From Tubulanus polymorphus (Eukaryota > Animalia > Nemertea): DNA of 64,000 nucleotides. The notes beneath the pieces are model-generated. The model was given only the letters and a program-made list of their open reading frames with translations. It searched no databases and had not been told where the DNA came from. Made by a program: the position numbers and the translations under genes. Shown piece by piece: positions 35,334-50,356 of the stretch. The DNA lies in assembly GCF_964204645.1 (NCBI RefSeq), contig NC_134026.1, positions 6,099,950 through 6,163,949 on the forward strand, in the 5' to 3' direction. Numbering within the stretch: position 1 is the stretch's first letter; every line of letters starts with the position of its first letter.

Positions 35334-37246
35334 ATATTTCCAACCATTGATGAAACTAGTGTGAGGGTCAGTGACTCAACATTTCCTTTCTTTACAGTCT
35401 CTGGCTCTTCTCACCTACAAAGCCTTAAAATTTTGTTCCACTCAACCAAATTTTTAAAAATCTCGATGTCAAATTCCAACATGTCTAAGATATTAATTTT
35501 CAATTAGACTACTAATTCATCTCCTCAATGGTTAGAATTGTGCTACTGCATCTTTGTATGTTTTCATCCAGCCAAAATTTTACCGAATATTGACCATTGG
35601 CGACGAATGCATTTCCCACCCGAACGATGCCTCCAAAAGGTCGAAGTCCAACAGAGTATTTTCCGCTTAACAGCAGTGACAAAAATGACACTATAAAAAG
35701 TCGGAAATAACCGTGAAAATAAGATTTTGTTATGTAATGGTGATGATGAAAAAAGTGTGCAGAAACTCAGACTAACTACCTGCGATATGAAGTATGCCGG
35801 TTACCATCCTGAAGGCCACGATTTCTCTGAATGAATCTCATTTGTCAGCGGAATCCAACATATAGCACGTATTGCTTCATAAATAAAAACAATTGATTGA
35901 TTTGCTTTGTTAAAAAATAGGTTTTCTTGTATTTCAGAAATAATTAATGTAGCTTGACGCCTGGGGTTGATGCAGTGCAATAGTGCCGTATTTTCATTGA
36001 ATCGGCTGCTTGATTAGTTTTGCGCAATGCATCGAACTCTTTATTTCAATCAACTTATCTTATTGGAGTATCTTGCTATTCATTGCTTAACGATCGATAC
36101 TGTCATCCATATTCAGAAGTTCCAATTGAATCTACATGAATACATTGGATCAGTCAAATTAAACACGTTTTTTCTCTTTCTCATTGAGATATCGTCTTAT
36201 TGACGTAAGCGAATATGCGGATAAATGTGCATTGTCTTGGTTCTTGCATCTAATTTGAGAATCCTCACTAGCTGTAATTAATGACACATGTCTGGTCTTG
36301 AAATGGGCATTGTTCCATTTATTCATTTGATTGGTAAATTTGAGTTGACTTGGCGTCCTTTACCCACCACCAAGCGAACCAACAAGTGAATGGGGACGGG
36401 TCAATTCTTGATGGCCGCTAAGCGGAGTTTGAAAAATACATTGCCCTTCACGAAAGTTGTCTGACAGCCTTGGGTCATTTGAGATGTCGATAATTGCTAG
36501 ATTACTTATCGGATTGTGTTGAAATAATTTTGCTGTATAGAAAAATTTACAGCTGAAAGAAAAAACGTGACTAACTCGGATTAAAAATCTTCCTCATCTG
36601 CTGAAAATCCGTCTTGTATTCGCACGAGAAAAACATATACCGACATGGTGGCCACAAATTCCCTGAATTTTCCATGTTATAACAATATTCCATGAGTAAA
36701 TCGGAGGAATTTCTTGGTGTAGAATGTTACGATTTATTCATTTTTTATGAGCGACGTATTGATAATGAAACACGTGGTCAATAACGTTATCCAAATTCCC
36801 CGAATTTCCCCTGATTTTTCCCATTCCCCCAGTTTTCCAGCTTTGCCAGGTCAGTGGCCATCTCGTGTATCTGATTTTTTTTTTGGAAAAAAGAACAAGC
36901 AACAAGGAACATCGCTTATATAGAAGTTATATTGTTTGACAGCACCCTTTAATTTCCATCAACATGGTTGGTACTTAATCGTGACTTCAAAAGTACATAT
37001 TAATTACATCAATGGCGTAATCATATAATCAATTAATCATAAACTAATTCATTTTCAATTTGAGTATCATTATTCATTGATATGATGATAAATTTCACTT
37101 TTTATGTACGTTTTATTGCCATAAAAGACATTAAGTAATCGTTTACTAACACACTCATCAAAATATCTTGCACCAGCTATTCGGGTCTATAGTCCCTGCT
37201 ACACACCTTTCTGGTTTTATGGACCTGATTCAATGTCACTGTTATA

Positions 37247-37453
37247 AGCCGCCGCAATCACACGGAGACGACTTGGCCCGGGCCAAATTGCCACAGATCA
37301 GGCCCGAGTCAAATTGGGCCCGCGCCTCATTAGAGAATGCGTTGTTTAGTATTGAGTGGTTTGCGTGTGAGCACGCTCTCGGACCAAATTTGGCTAGAGT
37401 CTGATCCGTGCCAATTAGGCCTGGGCCAAATCGTCTCCGTGTGATCGCGGCTA
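37247..37453. mobile_element. MITE-like element
   Basis: GCCGCAATCACACGGAGACGACTTGGCC ... GGCCAAATCGTCTCCGTGTGATCGCGGC TIRs. Related sequence at ~60963-61060. Confidence 0.7.
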
Positions 37454-40400
37454 TAGAGTTACAATGATTTAAATTCTATCCTGGATCTAGCAATAACTGC
37501 ATCACTGTCCGAGAGATAGAGTCAATAGAATATTTTCAGTTGAGGACCTGTAGCGACTACAATGTTGGTTCATTGAAAAAGATTTGTACCGTCCGATATC
37601 AGAACTCAGAGACACATTTACACGCTATAAAGATCCGAGTCTCAACTGTAGATGTATCTGATAAATCGTTAGGTTCCGTAGTTTTTTTCCATTGCACAGG
37701 AATGAGCGGATTGATTTTTTACCATTGCAATAAAAGCAGTTAACCGAGAAGGTGTGCAGCGCGGGGTTAGGCGAGAAGCATATATATATTTATATATTCA
37801 TCAACTGATTACAAACAAACTCTAGATTTACAAGAATTTTCAGAGCCATACACAGAGGTGGTGCAACTTTGCTCGTTTTTTTTTTCATTCTAGAAGTGTA
37901 ATAAAATGTGTAGAAAACTCAAAACCATGTAAAATTCAAAATTCACTTCTTCTGCAAAAGCATCAAATATACATATTTATATCATTTATATCTATATCAC
38001 CAACTTATATGAATAGTTCGTGTGACCTCAAGCCCTCCGACAACCTTAGCACCATAAAGCTCCTTCAAACGAATATCATCAAAAATTCAGCGTTATCCTC
38101 GTAAGATTCAACCCAATTATTTTTCTACATTATGTCATGAAATTCCCGTTAGAAACGCGTCGTAATTCTACACATATCCGATCTATATATCAGTAAACAG
38201 TTTTAAACCAGACTAGATTTCATGAATATTTGGTTGCGAGTTATCATTCCATATATATACACAAGTTTATACATATCGCGTACAATTGAGTATGTAACGT
38301 TTTTACAATAATGAATCGGAATTTAAATAAATCATGCGTAGCATGAATAAATGAGTTCAAAACAGAGTTCTCGCCGTCGACATTAATCTAACAGGGTTTT
38401 ACAAGGGAAGCACAAGGCTGCCCGAATTTCAGGTATATCTAAACAAGTCTCATGAAATATGAAGCGAGAACTCGGAAATAGCACATCTTCAGTTGACATG
38501 AATCGAATAGCATCATTTGTAAAATTTCAGGAGGTTGCCCAAGTCAATAACATAGTTTGTACCTTGAAAAATATCTATTGGCAACCTATTCGGCAAATCT
38601 TAAGGTTTTTGTTATGTTATCTCATCATAGGGAACAAACGAATCTCTTCTTGGAACTGAGTTGGGAGAAATTTATTATGTCAGGTATATTCTAAACTGCA
38701 TCTAACTACAATGAGCCATATTACTCAGGGGTCAATTGCAAGCGTTTAGATTGGCTATAGAACTGAGATGGCCTTACACTGGTATCAAGTCTAAGCCATG
38801 ACTTTGGAACCGACTCCAGAGATAGAATTCTTCAACCAAGTTAGCCAAATACTGCATAAACATTTGCTTATTGAGCAGTTTTTTTTTAAATATGAGGGAA
38901 TAGAGATTTTTCAACTTTGAAAAACAGTTTACTCACTTCAATATACTCGAGAATAAGAAGTTCAATTTGTTCATCATACTCTTTGAAAACATAGATCATT
39001 GGAATTACACAAGTTCTTAACGTAAATGAAATTGCGAAATCAAACGTGTCCTTGAAACAGAGAAATATATACATATTTACAACAACAATGGAAAAAACAT
39101 ACAGAAAAATACAGTAACCAACCACACACAAGACCGTACAGACTAAAAAACATTTCGATAGATTGTCACGTGAGTATCCTCCAAACTTAAACAGACACAA
39201 CGATATGTGTTATCAATACATATAGGAATTGTCGGATTTCTTCAGACCCGCTTAGAAAATACCTTACATTCATAGTAGTAATTATCATCAGCACATTCTT
39301 GCCGAGCCAAAACGAAATACCTAGGCCAAACAGTGAGCAGTTCAGCTGGAGTGCAAAGCAAGTCATGGGTAAGTACTCGTGTAAGCCAAGGAAAAGAGTA
39401 CAAGTGGACTACGCCCTGTTCGTTATTGAGGTACTACAGTCAAACTGGCTTAATCATCTACAGCGAGTTTAACTGACGTCAAATTCCACTAAGTTAACGA
39501 AGTACGTGTACCAAGAGTTTGGGAACAAAGTGTTCACCAGACTGGATGCCATTATGGGCAACAGTCTATAGAGTAGATGGAGTAGATGGCAGTTTCTTTT
39601 GGCATGGAAAATCCTGGTATCACCGGGGAATGAAGCTAATCTGGAATAGTATTATTAGAGTTGTTGAGATTAGGTATAAAAAGATGTTTAAAAATTTCAA
39701 CTCTATGACAATGGACCAGTTACTGGAATATACTGGAATGGCGTTTCATTTCAATTTCAAATGTACCAGTTTTTTTTATCAACCTTGGGTTCAACTATTG
39801 GACGATTCGTCAGTTACATGTAGGTTAATCTCAGGGTTTATCAGTTAGAACTGGTCTTTAGCAACACCAACCCTAGGAATGATTATCAATTCTACTTACA
39901 ATGGAATTCTACTGGAATATTTTTAAGTAGACTTATATAACTCTAAGTTAAGAGTTTTTGGTGATGGTCGAGTGGAATGTAAGCAGGTGCATAGAACTCG
40001 AATCAAATTGATTTGAGTTCTACGCCAGATGTAAGTAAACTGCGTTCATATAACGATTAGGACGATAGAGTCGTGCAAATATTTAGTTGGATCACATACC
40101 GGTAACTTATTCGAAGTGCATAGCAATAGTAGAGTATGTAAGCCATTTGTTTCTAAAATAATACATAGGAATGGAATGTCAGTTTCATTACAAAAGACCC
40201 CGCATCAAGTCGGACCAAATCAACAAACTGTTCACCTTGGATATTTGTTGAAAATACAAATGTACACATGAAATATACTATATTTCACGTATATGTAATG
40301 AAAATATTTCAGTATATATCACCATATTTAAAGACAAATTTTCACGGTTTAGAAAGACCCAACTTGATCAGAGTCTACTGTATATACAGAAGGTTAAGAT

Positions 40401-41275
40401 TCATTTCAATTAAACTGAATCTCATTTCATGATTATGAGATAATATGGACCCAGTGTCACAGTTGTGAGTTCACTGTAAGTAGATATTAGTTTATTTCAA
40501 GGTTTTTAACTCGGAGTAAAATCTGAACTTGGAACTGCGGAACTAGACCATGATTACTAAGTCAATACCGTATTTGAAGTAATGGTGTTGAAATGAAAAT
40601 TTTCTTTTTTTAGAAATATCAGAATAGAACTATACGTGTATAAAGGTAGTATTAAAATACATTAGATTTCTCTTCAGAAATAACGAAGTGGACAAAAGTA
40701 TTTTCTCAAGGTTAGCAGTACAAACCTGTACAAAATAGTACGTTTCATCGAATACAAGTAAACATACACAATCACTGATGAACACAACTCTAGTAAGATA
40801 GACCGAGACAAGCCACCTTATTCCAGATCAGTGAATACCAATGAAATTGAGCAAAATTAGCGGGTTTAAACTTCCGCAACCAGTGCTGCAATGTGGGAAT
40901 CCGAAATGGTAACTTCAGGTCAAATGTTGATCGAAAACAGATGACATGGAATGTAATCAGATTACACAAACACGGAACACATAATTTCTGGATTAACATA
41001 TGGTAAGCAGCCGCATAATCTTCGATCATGATCCGGATTAAGTGGGCTCGTCTGCTGTGGATAGACAAACAAAATAATGGAATCTATATTCATGTTTTTC
41101 TCGCATAGAAAACATCGTTACCAAGCAGGAATTATCGAACGCATTTCTTTTCTTTTGTGTGTTCCTCGGATTAAGTTACAACAACAATATATTATACCAC
41201 TACAACGACAACAACTGCTGATTGTTCACAGATCATTTACTATTTTCCAATTCTCCGTGTGAGTATTTCATCAGA

Positions 41276-44200
41276 TCAACACTGGCTTTCATTATCTGGA
41301 ATAGAAAAAAAGAATGAAGGTTACAAAGAATCAATAATACCAATTATACGAAAAACACATGCTTTCTTGATTATAGTGATTCAATTTTCATTGAACAACA
41401 CGATGCAAGCCAGTTCAATTGAAGGCAAGGGAATCTATGACTTGCTAACTGTTTGATTTTTTAACTGTCTCGCCAACAAACAATATACAATATACAAAAT
41501 GAGTTCCTTGAGAGTATGTAAATGGCTAACGTTTGAGAGTTCCATTCTTTCCAAATTACAGCAGACTCAGCTCCAGCCAGAACTGATCAACTGAGATAAT
41601 TATTCAATTCGGATTTTTCTTTAGATGATTCATTTAAATACCTCTGATATTCTTAGAGTTAGACATACTTTCAGGATCCATAAAATATCTGACTACAGCG
41701 ATTAGTTTTTGGCGGTTGTATTGATGCCATGGTATTGTCATTGCCAGCTTCAGAAGTATAGAGGTTTTTTCGCAGAATATCAAAAGGCACAGTATCTATT
41801 ATATGCAGAAAGATTGTACTTCAACCACAGGGATAATATGGGTCAAAGTGTAATACCAGCATCAGAATGAAGCAAGAAATTGTAATGGCAAATCTGGTCT
41901 ATAGGTATAACAAGGGTTGATTATTGTCCATCCTGGTAATGAACAATGCCTGAATACATTGAATGGATTATGGTTATGAAGCAGAAAAGATCCATTCGGC
42001 AACCTGAAGCAATATATTCAGACATTTTCAATGAATTCATAGTAATCCCTCACCCCAGTTGATTACCACTCAGGTATTTATAAGCAGGTATGTGATTTTT
42101 TTTTCCAAAATGGGGGAAACTGCAGACCAAGAAACTCTGCTACCACCAAGATTCAAACCTCTGATTGATGAAACCATGCAAAAACTGACACTCAATTTTC
42201 AATTAACACACACACACCTTGCATATGCCCAAGAAAATTAAGAGGCTGTCAGGAACAAAAGCCAAAGGAGGAGTATCGGAATGATGTGAAAAGGTAAAAT
42301 TCCTGCACCAGCGATCTAATATGAGACAGACTGCATGATTATATAGATAATATATACAGTAGACCTGTCCTACCTGTAGAGTACAGTTTATTCATCGTCA
42401 ACTATAAATATCATCGATAATCAGTCGGGTGTTTTATGATAGAAAACATGAAACTTCAACCGTTAAACGTTTCTACTTACACGAACTGCTTAATGAAACT
42501 GGTTTTTTCTTCATGTTTTCGAGCTCTTTTTTCCAATCAACTTCTTCGTCATCATTATCTGTCAAAAAGATAAACAAATCCCCTCGTTCAATAACTTAAT
42601 TCTCAGATACAGACCGATGTCACAAATGATCGGGTTCTTAGTTCTACCTGCAGGGGGTGCTTGAGTGCGTCTGCGTCGTTGAGCAATTTCTAGTTTCCAG
42701 GGTGGTATATCTGACGTGGCTTCTTTGGGCGTCATCTAGAAAATCATTAACGTTAATAGCTCATGAACCTAGCTGACCGCAATATCAGACAGAATGTAAT
42801 GGTATGAACAGGCAAAGCCTTTACATCATTGGCATCGCTACAAATGAATGGGGTACCAGCACATCCGCTATCCCGTCAGATGGCGCCACTGAGATATCAG
42901 ACAAACTCGATCAAAATTAGTTCATTTCAAGTAAATCTGACCTCAATTTTCAGTATTCCAATCTAAAAATTATGCAAATCATGCATCTAGATAAACTGGG
43001 ATTAGTCTTTAGAGTTCATATGTGGCATGATTTTCATACATCACGAATCTTCTATAGAGTTTGAGAATAAATGAAGAAATCTAGAGTTGACATTGCAGTG
43101 TACGCTAGCAAACCTGGTGGATAATGGTGGAATTTTGCTTGCCACAGTAGCGTTTCTGGTACCCCATTATTATATCAAACTAGCGAAATAGTTGTCTCTG
43201 CTCAAGTCCAATCCGTTCAAATCTTGGATAACTCGTCTGCTCAGATATTTGTTTTCCTTTTTACCTATACATTGAATTACCCGGTATATATTATCCAACT
43301 TGAATATCGCTGAAGTCAGACGAATTTCCATCTCAATCCAAACGGATCCAATTTGAGTGCGGTCCTACATTCCAAGTGTTATGAACAGATCAAATGAACA
43401 AAAATAACTAACTGACTACATAAAACTTACTGGATTACTGGCTGATCTATTTTTTGACTTAGCAGCTAATTCAAGTTTCCATGGTGGAATATTAGATAGC
43501 TCTTCAGATGCATCGCTTTTCGGCGGAGAACCTTGGCCTTTGGCTTTTCGACGGGCGGCAATTTCCGCTTTCCAAGCCGGAACTGAAGACTCATGTATTG
43601 GAGTATCTGGAAAATATTCAAAATTTCTGAACAAAAGCCCCAATAGACCCTTAGTTAAAGTCCTTAGTTAACCACATTTACCTAAAAAGTTATCTAAACT
43701 TGGGCAACAATTAGAGACTATTGCAATTCATCCTTAGTTCAAAATTCATTCAAAATTATTTTTATTAGCCGAGTATGAACACTGACCTTTTTCAGCAGTA
43801 GTCGACTGTGATGATCTGTGAATAGAAACATTTTCTAAATTACGATCAAAAGTAAACTAAAGGTTCAGGGACCTCATGTCCACGCAGGAAGTGCTTTTAA
43901 ATGATTGGCAACCTGACAATTTCAATATCAAACGCTCCCTGGTAACATTTACAGAAACCAATGACACTGAAGCTCGACACAAACATAGAATGTTTCAACT
44001 TTGCAATTGAATGACAGTTCAGCAGGCTATTGCCTTCACTATTTGTCCATCCAGAACAAAATTCAGTTGTTTTGGGATAAAAGATTGAAGCATCTTCAAA
44101 ACTTCCCAAAACAACTGAATTCCGCCCGCTGGGACTTGAGTGGCAAGTAAGCTAAAAATTACTAACCGAGGAGAAGGCACGGGAACAGTCTTTTTCACAT

Positions 44201-47200
44201 ATTGCATACTTGGTCCGGTTTCGATCTTGACATGAGTCTTATAGTCGTCCGATTTCTGGCCGTCTGTCGATGAACTAGTCGTAGCAGATGTACGGTGATC
44301 GAGACGGAGATATTTCGCGGGCGTTTTATCACGTATAACAATGTCATGGTCACCGTGGGTTTTGAAATTGTTCGTATTGTTCGCCGATTCGATGGACTTA
44401 TTACTCGGTTCCGGACAAACGGAACGCGGCTGCAGTCTACGCGGTTCTTGAGTCAGAGTCGCCACTGGTATTTCCTTAGCACCATCCGTAGAGTCAGTGT
44501 CACTGCTAGTAGATATAATTTCTGGAAAATTCAGCGATTTCTGTGTTTAAGTATAAGTGCACTTTTCAAAACTTTAGAGTAAAGATAAAGATTCATTCAA
44601 TTGTTCACAGTAATTTCGCAATCATTTGCATGAATAGAAAACATCAACTAAAGAAAATTTTCTAATCGCTCTAAACTAGCGACAAACCATTGCAAATTAT
44701 TTTTCAGGTTCTTTTCCCAATTGCCTATTCCCAGACTATATGAGAACATTGAAACTTGGACCGCTGAAGACATTACTCAAAGTATGACACGAGTAAAATC
44801 CTACAATAAATGAATTGAAAGCTAAAATCTTTTAACTGAAGGAGGGTGGTAGCAACCACCCAAAATGTTTCTAATATTTTAAATAAACTTTTTAACTATC
44901 AATTCATTTATTGTGGGATTTTACTCTTATCGTTTTATCGCAGATATTGTGATCTACAACTGATTCAAAGTATGACAATTTGGTAGCCCTATACCTCTCT
45001 CAGTTACTCTAATCGCTATGGATGTCAATAAAACTGAAAATTGCTACATCTGTTTTACCTTTTGCTAGCATTATATCTTTGACGTTTAACTTCTCTTGCG
45101 TTTTTCTTCGCCGAGCCATCATTTCTTTCATCCATGACGGCTTATCCGGTTTATCTTTATCAGACTTTTTGTAGCTTTGAGCCTCATCTTTTGCAGCGCC
45201 ATTACTACCACCACCAACACCACCACTACCGCTGGACACCGACGTTCGACTGTTCTTTCGTACGCGGATCTCGCGCATCCACGGCGGAGTCGAGCTGTCA
45301 TCTTTATCGTCGTCCAAAAAACCGAATAGACTCGATTTGCGAGGTTTCGGCTCGGTTTGTTTCGGCGACCCGGACACCGAGGCAGAACGCTCCGACTTTT
45401 TCGACTCGCTCTTTTTCGGGCTTTTATTGCTATTGTTATTATCAGAATCGGCCCCGCTGCTGGCGCTTCCCTTACGATCGGCTTTCTTATCAGGTTTAGG
45501 CGGTTTCGGCGAAGGCGTCGGCTTTTTTCGCAGGATATATTTATCGAACCACGACGGCGAGTAAGATTTCTCTTTGTCGGTTTTGCCGTCGGCGCTTGCT
45601 GTAGGCGTCGATTTTCTACTCGGAGACGCGATCTCTTTCGAGGGAGTTTTCACGGCTATCTCGGCAGGTGGCGCGGCTTCTTTAAATTCCATCGTCGGCG
45701 ACTCTTCGATCTTGATCGTTTCCGCCGCAGGAATCTCCAGTTCGGCGGTCGTTTCGGCGACTATTTTATTAGGCGACCGACGCAGCCACGGCGGCGTCGT
45801 ATCCGCGTTCGATACTATTACGTTGTTATCCTCGGATTTCTTCAATCTGATTTCTGATCGCCAGGCGGGAACGCTAGGCGACGTTTCTGGCTTGGGCTCC
45901 GTAGATTTCCTTACGCTTCGCAGCTAAAAGAGAAAACCAAATTTAATTCATTCATTTCTCATTGAATCTTGTACGGATCAAGAAACACGAGGTCAAAAGT
46001 ATTATCTGAATTCCCCGAGTTTTCCAGGTGTTACCATAGGTAAAATCTGTCAAAAATACCCTGATTTTTCCGATTCCCCTGAGTTTTCTAGGTTTTCCAG
46101 GTCAACCGAGCTAACACTGATAGCAATCTATTCATCGAATGGTTATCATTACCTTTGGAGGAGAGCCAGGTAGACCGGGTAGGCCCAACGGAATTTTTAT
46201 ACCACCAGCCGGTTTGGTTTTGACGGGTACCGGAGGAGTCGGTCTCGCGGTGCGTGAAGCCTCTTCGGTTACCGGACGTAATTTTGGCGATGAAGGCTTT
46301 TTTAGAATGTGTTGAAGTTGCGGCGATCCGGGGGGTGTTTTTCGACGGACCGAACGTGGCGAACTCGACGTTGGTGATTCGCTGACGGCTCGACACTGTA
46401 TACGTGGCGACGAGCTTACGTCGTCAACTGATGTCTCGACAAACGATTGTTGCAGAGACGCTGTAAAATATTCAATCCATTTAAACACATTTTAAACCCT
46501 TCAGATTGATGAGCAGGGTTTGGATTTTTTTTCTGAAGGAAGGAAGGCAGAGAACCGTTGATTTGAACTGGACCAGGGATTAATGAGACTAGCAAAGCAC
46601 ATTAAAGAAAAAGAAGCAACAAGATGTTCTCTGTATGCTGGAATTCTAAAGGGGGCTGCATTCATTGTTAAGTGTATGACATCGTAACTGCTGATCCCCC
46701 AAGGCTTTTGATCCCCCAGAAAAATACAGAAAATCTAAGGTTAATTTTGGTGTAATCTTCTACATATTCACATTTGCTCAGTTTATTTCAAAGCAATCAT
46801 CAGCATGCATTGATAGAATATTGACATCCACTCTGGTAGGGGCAAAAGATATCCATAAAAGGGTGTGGCTGATTCTCAGAGGGGGTGGATGTAAAACCTG
46901 TTGTGGAGAATACTGTTCAGGGTTCTCCACAACAGGTTTTACAGAATGTATCTTGCCCAGACCAGGCTACAATAGTTCATGAATGTTAGATAAGCCAACA
47001 CCACTCCACTTCAAGACTAGTCTTCTTGAACGAGCAAATGAACCTTAGTTAGTTTTAACTAGTCCTCAAAGTGAAATGTGGCACTAGATAAGATCCTATG
47101 CAATCATACATGATCGCGGTCTACTTACCAGATGGCATTTCATATAAAGTATTCTTCGAAATACCCGCGTGTCTTGCAGCGCGGGTCGGTTTTCGCCTCA

Positions 47201-50200
47201 ACGCCATCGAACCAGTTTTAACGACCTTACACTTGTGTTTAATGACACCAACATTCAAATTCTCTGTTTTCTAGAATCACGGAAACAAATACGGTAATGA
47301 TGCATGACGGACCGCATATAATCAACAACTGATTGCTTGCATTGAACATACATCTTTTACTTACTTGAATAGCAGAAAAATCCAGATCATCCTCTGATAA
47401 TGATGTGAATGATGTAAAACTCTGACTTGATACGGTCTATAATGAAAGATACATTCGTTCATTTTCTATCAGCTTTTAGAACAGGTGTCACAGGTGCCAA
47501 CCTTTTAGAACAGGTGCCTCATAAGTTGGGATCAGTTGAAATACTAATAATCAATTTACTATATAATTCTTTCTAACACTTAATCTGGCATACAAATACG
47601 GAAGGTAAAACATTCTATCCAAAAACGAGATTCCGCATTTTTATCCTATGGGTATAACCCGTTGGGTTATCTTGAGGTGTTTTGGACACATAGCATGGTA
47701 TTTTGGGTGGAGGGATTCTGGGTGTGGGATTTTTGGCGGAGGTATTATGGGCGTATCACAAATTGAAACTGTAGTTAACACTGGAAATCATCCATGGTTA
47801 AATCTAGCCAACTTTTGAGCAACTGGCCCCAGATAATCATAAGACAAATATTCAGGATAGAGCACTTGTCTAAGGTAGCCAGGTAGACAGTGTTCTTGAA
47901 GCAGAGCAAATATTCTAGATCAGATGTGCTAGGGGATTCCGCGGACAGATATTCTACGCAAAAGAATTCCAATAAAAAATTCTTGGATAAGAAATCAGCA
48001 ACACTTACCCGTTCTCTGTCTTTTCGTTCATGTCCTGGTTCTCTCAAAATAATACCATCTCCTTCGTCGAATGATTTACTATCCAGATCGAGTGTGTCGA
48101 CGCTTTCTGAATCCTGCAACAAAACGGAGATCATGATGTATGAAACCCTACGGTCTTAAAAGTCCCAAGTGCCTATTCAGATCTGAAGGCATCCCTCGGA
48201 TATACGTGGAACTATTCAGAAATAAGGCTGCTCTTTGAGAACAATTCAAATGCACAAGCATACAAAATCCAAAATGTGATATTGAATCTACACAGTAATT
48301 TTGATAATAATGAATCTAGTATTCAAGTTCCCAAGGTCGACAAACTATGTGATCTCGTACATTTGTATGATAATCATTTGGCTATAGGCGGAGGACGCAA
48401 TAAGGAATAAGTGCATTATCAGGGGATACTGTGGTAATACTGTATATACAGTGTTCGATCCCGTGACCTAGTACCCCAGAAATTTAAGTTTTTGAAAATT
48501 GTCCAGCATCATTGGGTCGAAATTTCATATGCTCATTCTAGTTTTTCTTAACCCTTTCAGTGCTGACTAATCAATACCCTATAGTGCTGGAGATAATTGG
48601 AAAATTTTGAAAAATTCCAATCTAGTGTGTTGAATAACGGGCGTACCACGATTATGCGTCTACACCGCGGCACGGTGTATCGTTAGTTACTAATATTTGA
48701 CTATGTTTGATAGGTGCTGACATTTTTCAAGAGAGATAATTACTAATTACACCAATACACCGCAGTGCGGTGTACTAGTAAAATCCATCACCGATTCATA
48801 TACCGCACTGCGGTGTAGATGCATTGAAAGGGTTAACTATTATGGGTTTTCGAATAGTATTAGACAGTCGCTCCTCTATGGAAACCAATATTTAGTGGTA
48901 ATTCGAATGAGTCTTTAAAAGAATAAACCTACTAATTTTTCCGACGACGAACTCGGGTGAAATCCAGAATCGAGACCTTTCTTTCGACTTTGTTGATCCG
49001 ATATATCCATATCTTCCTCTTCGTCGTCCTCTAAGCGTTCTCCAGTCGGGAGACACGATAACAAATCATCCTTGAAATACAATATAGCCTAATAACAGTT
49101 TTTGTTGTAAGCGTTGCAGGTGCTGATCGATGTGGGGGTGTGCACCTCCTAAAAGGTAAAGTTACCCTGAAATTTTTTGGCCAAATGAAATATATCAAAC
49201 TGCTACCAAAAGAGTTGATATTCATAAACTTGTTCTCTATATTTCCAAAAATTTCTTACGGGTCCCCTTTTAATTATATATGCCCTAATTTTGAACCTCA
49301 CCCCCTCCCTGAATCAGACCCTAGATCTGCCCTGCGTTGAGTGCAGGATTTTCCCATGGCGACTTCAGAATTTAACTAAGGAAAAATTCAAGGAACTTCT
49401 TTCTCAAATTCAACAATTCCATTCTGGTATAAGAACCAGACTAGAATTTTTCTGAATAGAGAGAGCCATAAAATTTCTATGAAACTTACTTGAGAATTGT
49501 CTCGCGAGGAATGGCCCCGCTCTTTTCGGCTTGTGCTCGGTGACTCGGCAGAAGCATCTGTAAATAGAGAATTAAATTATCACTCTGAATTGATGGACTA
49601 TCAGTCTATCTGCACATTTGTTTCAGTTAATCATACACGAAGGAATATCAAGTAGTGTATAGCGTTAGCCCATCCCTGCAATAAATATTCATAAAATTGC
49701 ACGACTTCAATTGCAGTATTGATATTTTAACCCATTCCATTCATTACTAACAGTTGATTGTGTTGATAATTGACAATGAGTTCAGTTGTTTTTTTTTATT
49801 GTTTTATTTTACTTTTCAGTGTCATATCGGCTACATTTGAAAATAGATACTGGTACATGCTCAAACCTATATGAAATCCATAAAAATTTCGACTTTTAAC
49901 AGTAGAAACAATGCGTGTCATGCTAATGATCAAAGGGACCTGTATCTTAGCAATAAACAGGGGCTAGTTGCATTAGTCAAAGCTTAAATTTAAGACCAGT
50001 CGCTGCTCGCACTTAACGCCAACATTTTTCAGAGAACAAATTTGCTCAATCATACTCTAATTCTGATAATATCATTCTCTCCTTACGCCAAATTTTTGGT
50101 CCCAACAGTGGCATAGGTTCTATTGGATACTTTCGAAGTCTAAGTTACCACTACTTTATATATAATATACGATTCAATGCCGCTTTGAAAAGAACAAACC

Positions 50201-50300
50201 AACATTCAATTACTGGGTATAATAATAAATGCATGCAACTGTCTAGACGGGGAACATAGAATTTCAAAACATAGTAAAACACTTTAAATCTACTTGAATG

Positions 50301-50356
<56 letters not shown>

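Noticed and set aside
37780-41270. Short ORFs here and in 56400-60390
   Set aside because: AT-rich, no motifs or exon chains; probably long 3'UTRs or intergenic DNA.
45134-45927. Several plus-strand ORFs
   Set aside because: Antisense shadows of the GC-rich 865-nt exon.
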